A stretch of 43,211 nt of DNA from Gemmatimonadota bacterium (lineage in GTDB: Bacteria; Gemmatimonadota; Gemmatimonadetes; Gemmatimonadales; Gemmatimonadaceae): positions 1 through 43,211 of the forward strand of contig JANMLN010000085.1 in assembly GCA_031372565.1 (NCBI GenBank). Direction: 5' to 3'. Both the position numbers and the translations under genes were made by a program. Shown here piece by piece: positions 34,965 through 43,211 of the stretch (position 1 is its first letter; each line of letters starts with the position of its first letter). Under the pieces are notes generated by a model. The model had not been told where the DNA came from and ran no database searches. It saw nothing but the letters and a program-made list of their open reading frames with translations.

Positions 34965-36254
34965 TCAGGCGATGCCGGATCGAGCGGCGACGAGCAGCCG
35001 CTCGGCAAAGCGATCCACTTCATCACGCGTCGTGTACACATTCGGCGTCACACGCAGTCCGTGGAACTCTTCGTGCACGATCGCCACGGTGACAATGCCG
35101 TACTTCGCCTGCAACCACTGTTGGAGTTTCGGCGTCTCGATCCCCTCAATCTGCACCAGGGCAATGGCGCCGGCGCGCTCGCCGTCGAGCGGGGTCAGCA
35201 CCTTGATGCGCGGGTTCTCTGCCGTCACCCGCTTGGCCCACCGGTCCCGCAGCCAACGAAGCCGGGCGACCTTCCGCTCGGCGCCGATGCCACGGTGAAA
35301 GGCGAGCGCCACGCCGATGGCATTGTGATTGCCGGCCGGATGCGTGCCGATCTCCTCATACTTCCGAATATCGGCATCTTGGCCCTTGTTGCCGGCCATG
35401 AGCGGCCAAAGCGCCGGAATCTTGTCGCGACGCACGTACAGGAACCCGGTGCCGATGGGGGCGGTGAGCCACTTATGGAGGCTCGTCCCGTAGTAATCAA
35501 CGCCCAGCTGGTCGCGGGTGAACGGGAAGTGGGCGTAGGCGTGCGCGCCGTCGACGAACACCTGGATGCCGAGCGGCCGACAGCGGTCCACCAGCTTCTT
35601 CACCGGCAGGATCTGACCGGTGAGGTTGGTGATGTGGGTGACCTCGAGGACCTTGGTGCGCGGGGTGACCGCGCTCATGAACTGCTCGACGACATGATCG
35701 TCGCTCGACGGCACCTTGAACGAGACCGTCTTGAGCACGATGCCGTCGCGCCGCACGCGCTGGTCCCAGGCATTCAGCATGCGGCCGTAGTTCTGGTTCG
35801 AGACGATGACCTCGTCGCCCTTCTGCAGGTCGAGGCCGAAGATCATGATCTCGTTGGCCTCGGAGGCGTTGCGGACGATCGCCATCTCTTCGGGATCACA
35901 CCCGAAGTCGGCCGCGATATCGCGCCGGACATGCTCGAGCCGTGGCTCCAGCGTTTGCCACATGTCGATGGTCGGAATCCCGTTCGAGAAGCGCAGGTCG
36001 CGGATCATCGCGTCGAGCACGTGCGTGGGCGCCGGACTGACGCCGCCATTGTTCAGGTTGATGCGTGCCCGGTCCACGTCGAACGCCGACTGGATGAGCG
36101 TCCAGTACCCTTCGTCGTCTGCCAGCGAGATCGGGGCACGGCCCGCACCCCCGGCGGTCGCATCGAAGAGGCGCGGAAAAGCGTCGGCGCGGAGCGCGGG
36201 GACGGCGAGGGCGGCGCCTGAGAGGCGCGTGACGAACGAACGACGAGTCGTCAT
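34965..36254 (-). CDS. Class V PLP aminotransferase (isopenicillin-N-epimerase-like) with Tat signal
   Basis: Start ATG 36254 (MTTRRSFV); INLNNGGVSP, RNASEA, HITNLTG, VDGAH, PLP lysine in TSLHKWL. Confidence 0.9.
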   Translation of the reverse strand: MTTRRSFVTRLSGAALAVPALRADAFPRLFDATAGGAGRAPISLADDEGYWTLIQSAFDVDRARINLNNGGVSPAPTHVLDAMIRDLRFSNGIPTIDMWQTLEPRLEHVRRDIAADFGCDPEEMAIVRNASEANEIMIFGLDLQKGDEVIVSNQNYGRMLNAWDQRVRRDGIVLKTVSFKVPSSDDHVVEQFMSAVTPRTKVLEVTHITNLTGQILPVKKLVDRCRPLGIQVFVDGAHAYAHFPFTRDQLGVDYYGTSLHKWLTAPIGTGFLYVRRDKIPALWPLMAGNKGQDADIRKYEEIGTHPAGNHNAIGVALAFHRGIGAERKVARLRWLRDRWAKRVTAENPRIKVLTPLDGERAGAIALVQIEGIETPKLQQWLQAKYGIVTVAIVHEEFHGLRVTPNVYTTRDEVDRFAERLLVAARSGIA

Positions 36255-36360
36255 CGACCAGATACTCCAATGCATGGGTGGGGCGCCGCGGCGCGGACCA
36301 TCACACAATGTCGGGCCTGCGGGTGTGCTCGGCCAGAGGGCGAGGCCCTAGATTGGAAGG

Positions 36361-37947
36361 ATGGCCACCCTTGTAGCTCCCTCAGACGCGGTTCCGACGT
36401 CGGCCCCCACGCGGCCCGTCGAGTCCCGCGACCCCGCCACGGGTGCGGTGTGGCAGTCGTTTCCTGCGCCGTCGACGGCCGACATCGTCCGCGCGGTGGA
36501 GCGCGCACGCGCCGCGCAGGTGGAGTGGGCAGCGCGCTCGATCACGGACCGAGCCGCCGTGCTGAAGCGGTTCCGCGCGGTCCTGTTCGCGCGGCGGCAC
36601 GAGGTGGCGTCGGTGGTGAGCCGCGAGAACGGCAAGCCGGTGGTCGAGGCGTTGATGGCCGAGGTGTTTGTCGCGCTCGAGTACGCCCAGTACTACGCGG
36701 GCCTCGCTCCCAAACGGCTCCGGCCGCACGTGGCCCCGTCACGCACGATGGGCACGATGCTCAAGAAGGTGACGATCGAGTACCACCCGCACGGCGTGGT
36801 CGGGGTGATCGCGCCGTGGAACTACCCGTTCCAGTTGGCGGCCGGCGCGATCCTGCCCGCCCTCGTTGCGGGCAACGCGGTCGTGCTCAAGCCATCGGAG
36901 TTCACGCCCTCGAGCGGCGTGCTGCTGGGGGAGCTGCTGGTCGAGTCCGGGCTGCCGACCGGGGTGCTGCAGGTGATTCCGGGCGACGGCTCGGCCGGCG
37001 CCGCGCTGATTCAGGCCGGGGTCAACCGGGTGCACTTCACGGGTAGCGTTGCCACGGGGCGGAAGGTGGCTGCGGCCTGCGGCGCCTTGCTCGTTCCGTG
37101 CGGGCTGGAGCTGGGTGGCTCCGATGCGGCGCTCGTGTTCGCCGACGCCGACCTCGAGCGCGCGGCGCGCGGCCTCGTGTGGGGACGGTTCAGCAATGCC
37201 GGGCAGACGTGCGTGGCGCCCAAGCGGATTTTCGTCGAGCACCAGGCGTTCGATGCGTTTGCCGCGCATTTTGCCCGGGAGGTTCAAGCGCTGACGGTCG
37301 GCGCCGCGACGGTCGCGGGAGCGGAAGTGGGGCCGCTGATCCGTCCCGAGGCCGTGACGGTGCTCGAGGCGCAGCTCGCCGACGCGATGGCAGGCGGCGC
37401 CAAGGTGCTCGCTCGCGCCGCGGCTCCCGCGGGCCGAGGGGGGTTCTTCCCGCCGACCGCCGTCGTGAACGTGACGCCGGACATGCGCGTGATGCGCGAG
37501 GAGACGTTCGGTCCGCTCGTCCCGCTCTTCCCGGTATCCAGCGAGGCGGACGCCATCGCGCGCGCGAACCAGAGCGACTTCGGGCTCTCCGCGAGCGTCT
37601 GGACCGGGAGCGCCGAGCGCGGCCGGCGGGTCGCGGCGCAGCTGCACGCGGGTACGGTGGCGGTCAACGACGCGGTGCTGGTCGCCGGCATGTCGAATGT
37701 GCCCCATGGCGGGGTGAAGCAGAGCGGGATGGGCCGGAGCCACGGCGAGCTGGGGTTGATGGAGTGCGTCGAGCCGCGCGCGATCATCACCGACCGGATC
37801 ATGTCGCCCAAGCAACCGTGGTGGTATCGCTACGGACCCGCATACGACGACATGGCCGATGCATTTCTCACGGCGATGCACGCGCCGAGCTGGACGGATC
37901 GCGTGCAGGTGCTCGGCCGCATGTTTCGTGGACTGCGAGGCGGCTGA
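36361..37947 (+). CDS. NAD(P)-dependent aldehyde dehydrogenase
   Basis: IAPWNYP, LKPSE, FTGS, LELGG, NAGQTC, EETFGP, GGVKQSGMGR. Confidence 0.95.
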   Translation: MATLVAPSDAVPTSAPTRPVESRDPATGAVWQSFPAPSTADIVRAVERARAAQVEWAARSITDRAAVLKRFRAVLFARRHEVASVVSRENGKPVVEALMAEVFVALEYAQYYAGLAPKRLRPHVAPSRTMGTMLKKVTIEYHPHGVVGVIAPWNYPFQLAAGAILPALVAGNAVVLKPSEFTPSSGVLLGELLVESGLPTGVLQVIPGDGSAGAALIQAGVNRVHFTGSVATGRKVAAACGALLVPCGLELGGSDAALVFADADLERAARGLVWGRFSNAGQTCVAPKRIFVEHQAFDAFAAHFAREVQALTVGAATVAGAEVGPLIRPEAVTVLEAQLADAMAGGAKVLARAAAPAGRGGFFPPTAVVNVTPDMRVMREETFGPLVPLFPVSSEADAIARANQSDFGLSASVWTGSAERGRRVAAQLHAGTVAVNDAVLVAGMSNVPHGGVKQSGMGRSHGELGLMECVEPRAIITDRIMSPKQPWWYRYGPAYDDMADAFLTAMHAPSWTDRVQVLGRMFRGLRGG

Positions 37948-38531
37948 TGACAGCGATCGTGCTGGCGCTCGACGCGGTGCTGCGCTTCCTGCAGCCGACG
38001 CTCTTCGCGACGGCGGTGGGTCTGGGGCTCGTGTGCACCGTGGATTGGCTGGTCCGGACGCGTCGGATCGGTCCGTTCTCGCCGGTCGCACGCTTCTTCC
38101 GCACCACGATCGATCCCCTGATGCTGCCGATCGAACGGCGCATCGTGAAGGCGGGCGGCGTCCCGTCACACGCGCCGTGGTGGTCGCTCGCGGCGGTGGT
38201 GATCGGCGGCATTGTCGGGCTGAGCCTGCTCGAGTTCGTGCGCGACCAGCTGGCGATGCTGGCGTTCGCGGCGAGCTCCGGCGGGAGCGTGCTGTTCGGG
38301 CTCGCGATCCGGTGGACCTTCGCGGTCGTGCGCTTCGCCCTGCTCTGGCGCGTGATTGCGTCGTGGGTCGGTGGCAACCCGTATGCCAGACTCTGGCGTT
38401 GGGCGTTCGTGATCACGGAACCGATGCTCGCGCCGCTCCGTTCCATCCTGCCAGCGGTCGGGCCGTTTGATATCTCGCCGATTGCGGCGTACTTCATTCT
38501 CGGCTTGCTGGAGAGCTTCATCGTGCGGTAG
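37947..38531 (+). CDS. yggT: YggT family membrane protein with two YGGT repeats
   Basis: TGATG coupling; TIDPLMLPIERR and ITEPMLAPLRSILP..FDISPI. Confidence 0.88.
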   Translation: MTAIVLALDAVLRFLQPTLFATAVGLGLVCTVDWLVRTRRIGPFSPVARFFRTTIDPLMLPIERRIVKAGGVPSHAPWWSLAAVVIGGIVGLSLLEFVRDQLAMLAFAASSGGSVLFGLAIRWTFAVVRFALLWRVIASWVGGNPYARLWRWAFVITEPMLAPLRSILPAVGPFDISPIAAYFILGLLESFIVR

Positions 38532-38543
38532 TGCCGGAACAAG

Positions 38544-38571
38544 CAGGTCCTTCGCTGCGCTCAGGACGACG
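38544..38571 (-). repeat. REP-like (CGTC-tagged) palindromic element, single copy in the window
   Basis: Minus strand reads CGTC-GTCCT-GAGCGCAGCGA-AGGAC-CTG, resembling the widespread GTCATCCTGAGCGNAGCGAAGGATC repeat. Confidence 0.6.
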
Positions 38572-38625
38572 GCGGGGCTGGATGGGCTCACAGCCAATCA
38601 TTATGTTTGTCCGACAACTGATACT

Positions 38626-38676
38626 CGTGGCGATTTACCGGCAACTTGCGGCCACGTTAAAAATTCCGCTAAAGCG
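38626..38676 (+). ncRNA. SAM-II (SAM-alpha) riboswitch aptamer
   Basis: P1 CGUGGC/GCCACG enclosing GAUUU...UUGCG, then an A-rich linker and GCUAAA; directly upstream of metF-metH. Confidence 0.88.
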
Positions 38677-38679
38677 CCG

Positions 38680-38717
38680 AGCCCGGCGCTCCCATGAGCC
38701 CCCGGGCTTTTTCGTTT
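38680..38717 (+). terminator. Intrinsic terminator, riboswitch expression platform
   Basis: agcccgg-c-gctc-ccat-gagc-cc-ccgggct followed by ttttcgttt. Confidence 0.8.
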
Positions 38718-38729
38718 ATCCCGTATCTG

Positions 38730-39629
38730 ATGCCTCGCGCCGACGTCCGCCCGTTCCGCGTTTCGTTCGAGTTCTTTCCGCCGCGTACGGCGGAAATGGA
38801 GGAATCGCTCTGGCACGCGATCCAGCGACTCGCACCGTTGTCGCCGTGGTTCGTCAGCGTCACGTACGGCGCCGGGGGCGGCACACGCGAGCGGACGCAT
38901 CGCACGGTGCATCGCATCCTCACCGAGACATCGCTCGCTCCGGCGGCCCATCTCACCTGCGTGGGGGCCTCGCGCGCCGAAGTCGACGCCGTGGCGGACG
39001 ACTACTGGAACGTGGGCGTGCGCCATGTGATGGCGCTGCGTGGCGACCCGCCAGCCGGCGAAGCCTCGTACACACCGCACCCCGGCGGGTACGCCTACGC
39101 GACCGACCTGATCCGCGGCCTGCGCCAGCGGCACGATTTCGAGGTCTCCGTGGCCTGCTTCCCCGAGGGCCATCCGCAAGCGACCTCGTTCGCGGCCGAC
39201 CTCGACAACCTCAAGCGCAAGGTGGACGCGGGGGCGACCCGGGCCATCACGCAGTTCTTCTTCGACAACACGATCTTTCTCCGCTTCCAGGAACGGGTGG
39301 CGCGCGCCGGCATCGCGATTCCCATCCTGCCGGGCCTGATGCCGGTCACCAACTTCGTCCAGACGGTCAAGTTCGCGAAGATGGCCGGCGCGAGCGTCCC
39401 GGCCGAGCTGGGCTGGAAGTTCGAGGGACTCGAGCACGATCCGGAAACGCGGAAGCTGGTGGCCGCGACGGTAGCGGCGGAGCAAGTGCACGGACTCGTG
39501 GCTGAGGGCGTCAGCGACTTCCACTTCTACACGCTCAACCGCGCCGACCTCACCTTCGCCATCTGTCACCTCCTCGGCCTGCGCCCACGCGTGGAGTCGC
39601 CCACGGTGGCGGGCGCCGCCACGTCATGA
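38730..39629 (+). CDS. metF: 5,10-methylenetetrahydrofolate reductase
   Basis: [50 protein letters not shown] 38730 preferred because ATG 38694 lies inside the terminator. Confidence 0.97.
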   Translation: MPRADVRPFRVSFEFFPPRTAEMEESLWHAIQRLAPLSPWFVSVTYGAGGGTRERTHRTVHRILTETSLAPAAHLTCVGASRAEVDAVADDYWNVGVRHVMALRGDPPAGEASYTPHPGGYAYATDLIRGLRQRHDFEVSVACFPEGHPQATSFAADLDNLKRKVDAGATRAITQFFFDNTIFLRFQERVARAGIAIPILPGLMPVTNFVQTVKFAKMAGASVPAELGWKFEGLEHDPETRKLVAATVAAEQVHGLVAEGVSDFHFYTLNRADLTFAICHLLGLRPRVESPTVAGAATS

Positions 39630-42600
39630 TGCGTCACGCGCACGGGCACGACAGCTCCGAGGACGCCGTCGAACTGCCGGCCGAGTTCGTGCCACCCGTC
39701 TTGCCGTCGCGCACCGCCGCCGAGCGGGTGGCCGCGCGTGAGGCGCGCAACGCGAAGCTGACGGACGCACTGCGCACGCGCATTCTCGTGCTCGACGGCG
39801 CGATGGGCACGATGATCCAGCGCTACCGGCTCGATGAGTCGGCCTACCGCGGCGAACGGTTCCAGTCGTGGCACAAGGATCTTCGCGGCAACAACGACTT
39901 GCTCGCCATCACCCGGCCGGCGGTCGTCCGGGACATCCACGCGGCCTACCTCGCTGCGGGGGCCGACCTGATCGAGACCAACAGCTTCAACGCCAACGCG
40001 ATCTCGATGGCCGACTACGGCATGGAGTCGATCGCGCGCGAACAGTAGGAGACGGCCGCCCCGGTGGCACGCGATGTCGCCGATGCCTTCGAGTCGCGCG
40101 ACCCGTTGCGTCCACGCTGGGTGGCCGGCGTGCTCGGCCCCACGTCGCGCACCGCGTCCATCTCGCCGGACGTGAACGACGCCGGCGCGCGCAATGTGAC
40201 GTTCGACGAACTGATGATCGCCTACGTCGATGCGACGCACGGCCTGCTCGACGGCGGCGCGGACGTGCTGCTCATCGAGACGATCTTCGATACGCTGAAT
40301 GCGAAGGCGGCGATTGCCGCGGTCGAGGTCGCGTTCGAGGAGCGCGGCGAGCGCGTGCCGATCATGATCTCCGGCACGATCACCGACGCCAGCGGGCGTA
40401 CGCTGTCGGGCCAGACGACCGAGGCGTTCTGGCACTCGGTTGCGCACGCGCGCCCGCTCACGGTGGGGCTCAACTGCGCGCTCGGCGCCAAGGACCTGCG
40501 GGCCTACGTGCAGGAGCTCTCGCGCGTGGCGGACTGCTTCGTGACGGTGCATCCCAACGCGGGGCTGCCGAACGAGATGGGCGGCTACGACGAGGCGCCG
40601 GACTACACGTCGAGCATCCTGCGGGAGTTCGCGCAGGCCGGCCTCGTCAACGTGGTGGGTGGGTGTTGTGGCACCACGCCGGAGCACATTGCCGCCATCG
40701 CGCGCGCGGTGGCCGGCATGCCCACGCGTGCGATCCCCGACATCGCGCCGCGGCTCCGGCTGTCCGGCCTCGAGCCGGTGACGATCGGGCCCGACTCGAA
40801 CTTCGTGAACATCGGCGAACGGACCAACGTGACCGGCTCGGCCAGGTTCGCGAAGCTGATCCTCGCGGGAGACTACGACGCCGCGCTCGAGGTGGCCAGG
40901 CAACAGGTGGAGAACGGCGCGCAGCTCCTCGATGTCAACATGGACGAGGGGATGCTCGACTCGCAGGCCGCGATGACGCGCTTCCTCAACCTGCTGGCCG
41001 CGGAACCCGCGATCGCGCGCGTGCCGGTGGTGGTGGACTCGTCCAAGTGGTCGGTGATCGAGGCCGGGCTCAAGTGCCTGCAAGGCAAGGGCATCGTCAA
41101 CTCGATCTCGCTCAAGGAGGGCGAAGCGGAGTTCCTGCGTCAGGCGCGGTTGGTGCGGCGCTATGGCACGGCCGTGATCGTGATGGCGTTCGACGAGCAG
41201 GGGCAGGCCGATACCGTCGAGCGGAAGGTGTCGATCTGCACGCGCGCGTACCGGTTGCTCGTGGACGTGGTGGGGTTCCCCCCCGATGACATCATCTTCG
41301 ATCCCAACATCTTCGCGATCGCGACGGGTATCGAGGAGCACAACGGCTACGGCGCCGCCTTCATCGAGTCGATCTCGCGGATCAAGGCCACGCTGCCGCA
41401 CGCGAAGATCTCCGGCGGCGTGAGCAACGTGTCGTTCTCGTTCCGCGGCAACAATCCGCTGCGCGAGGCGATCCACGCCGTCTTCCTGTACCACGCCGTG
41501 AAGGCCGGCATGGACATGGGGATCGTGAACGCGGGGGTGATTCCCCTCTACGCCGACATCCCGCCGGCGCTGCTCGAGCGCGTCGAAGACGTGGTGCTCA
41601 ACCGGCGCCCCGATGCCACCGAGCGGCTGATCGAGGTGGCCGAGTCGGTGAAGGGCGAGGTGCAGAAGAAGGCGGTCGATCTGAGCTGGCGGCAGGGCCC
41701 GGTGCACGAGCGACTCTCGCACGCGCTCGTGCATGGCATCACCGACTTCATCCTCGACGATACCGAGGAGGCGCGGAAGCTGGCTGAACGCCCGATCGAG
41801 GTGATCGAGGGGCCGCTCATGTCGGGGATGAACGTGGTGGGCGACCTGTTCGCCACGGGCAAGATGTTCCTGCCGCAGGTGGTGAAGTCGGCGCGCGTGA
41901 TGAAGCGCGCGGTGGCGCACCTGATTCCGTACATCGAGGCGGAGAAGCTGGCCAAGGCCGACACGCGCGCCAAGGGCAAGGTGCTCATGGCCACGGTCAA
42001 GGGCGATGTGCACGACATCGGCAAGAACATCGTGGGCGTCGTGTTGCAGTGCAACAACTTCGAGGTGATCGACCTGGGCGTCATGGTGCCCGCCGCGCGG
42101 ATCCTCGAAACGGCGCGCACGGAGCGCGTGGACATGATCGGACTCTCGGGGCTCATCACGCCGAGCCTCGAGGAGATGGCGTTCCTCGCGGGCGAGATGC
42201 AGCGTGACGGGTTCACCATGCCGCTCCTGATTGGCGGGGCGACGACGAGCAAGGCGCACACGGCCATCAAGATTGCACCGCACTACACGGGACCCGTGGT
42301 GCACGTGACCGACGCCTCGCGGGCGGTGGGCGTGGCCGGTTCACTCGTGAGTGATGCGCTCAAGGAGCAGTTCGTGGCGGATCTGGCCACGGAGTACCAG
42401 GCGGTACGCGATGCGCGCGCCGACCGCGCCACCAAGGCGCCGCGCCAATCGCTCCTTGCTGCGCGCGCGAACCGCGCGCCGATCGACTATCGCGCCACGG
42501 TGCCCCCCGTACCGACGTTCACCGGCGTGCGCACCTTCGACGACGTGCCGCTCGCCGAGCTGGTGCCGCGCATCGACTGGACGCCCTTCTTCCAGACATG

Positions 42601-43211
42601 GGAGCTGGCCGGGCACTATCCGGACATCCTGCGCGATCCGGTGGTTGGCGATGCCGCGCGCAACCTGTTTGCCGACGCACAGGCGATGCTCGCGACAGTG
42701 GTGGCGGAGCAGTGGCTGCGCGCCCGCGCGGTGGTCGGCTTCTGGCCGGCCAACTCCGACGGCAGCGAAGACATCACGCTCTTTGCCGACGCGTCGCGCA
42801 CCACGCCGCTGGCCACCGTGCACACGCTGCGCCAGCAGATGATCAAGGGCGATGGTCGCCCGAACTGGGCGCTCGCCGATTTCGTTGCCCCGGTCGTGAC
42901 GGGCGTTGCCGACTGGTTCGGCGCCTTCGCGGTCACCACCGGACTCGGGCTCGACGAGAAGGTGGCGGAGTTCGAGGCCGACAAGGACGACTACTCGTCG
43001 ATCATGATCAAGGCGCTCGCGGACCGGTTGGCCGAAGCGTTCGCCGAGCGGATGCACGAGCGCGTGCGGCAGGAGTTGTGGGGCTACCAGCCCGATGAGG
43101 CGCTCGACAACGAGGCGCTGATCAAGGAGAAGTATCAGGGAATTCGCCCGGCACCGGGCTATCCGGCCTGTCCGGATCACACCGAGAAGGGGACGCTGTT
43201 CACCTTGCTCG
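39626..43211 (+). pseudogene. metH: Cobalamin-dependent methionine synthase with in-frame TAG at 40046-40048 (pseudogene or sequence error); 3'-truncated by window edge
   Basis: [12 protein letters not shown] and IETNSF precede the stop. The same frame continues with [33 protein letters not shown] and [14 protein letters not shown]. Identity is certain; pseudogene status is not. Confidence 0.85.

Noticed and set aside
38694..38729. Upstream metF start at ATG 38694
   Set aside because: It lies in the loop of the riboswitch terminator; MetF similarity begins after ATG 38730.
40046..40048. Genome-wide TAG reassignment or pyrrolysine
   Set aside because: TAG is the normal stop of many intact genes here (6305, 10731, 26532, 31000, 32177, 38531); no pyl genes or convincing downstream structure are visible.
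39566..42304. 912-aa minus-strand ORF, and similar long antisense ORFs (5166-7436, 19399-21030, 42341-43180)
   Set aside because: Mirror frames of real genes with biased codon usage; no independent protein signatures.
1..43211. CRISPR array, tRNA/rRNA, transposase or prophage
   Set aside because: No regularly spaced repeats, cloverleaf-like sequences or mobile-element proteins were found by eye; short elements could have been missed.

Overview
GC-rich bacterial DNA, probably Gemmatimonadota-like (inferred from protein style, not proven). In order: the 3' part of an RND efflux permease; a VanZ-like gene and citrate synthase on the minus strand; then a ~28 kb Wzx/Wzy-type surface polysaccharide locus (4376-32177). 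That locus holds a Wza/SLBB export protein, a GT2, four GT4s, a heparinase II/III-like protein, two AsnB-type amidotransferases, an AlgD-like GDP-mannose dehydrogenase, a flippase, a Wzy/O-antigen-ligase protein, a priming sugar transferase and Wzc. It also has an Ig/poly-Gly/beta-propeller lipoprotein, a pseudo-receiver fused to a dead GGDEF domain with an intact I-site, a sigma54 activator plus histidine kinase, and two good sigma54 -24/-12 motifs. After it come a three-gene Ig-lipoprotein/TPR operon, a Tat-exported class V aminotransferase, an aldehyde dehydrogenase, YggT, a REP-like palindrome, and a SAM-II riboswitch with terminator upstream of metF-metH. metH has an in-frame TAG at 40046-40048 and runs off the window end. 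No rRNA, tRNA, CRISPR array or transposase was seen. All calls are by eye; no database searches were run.
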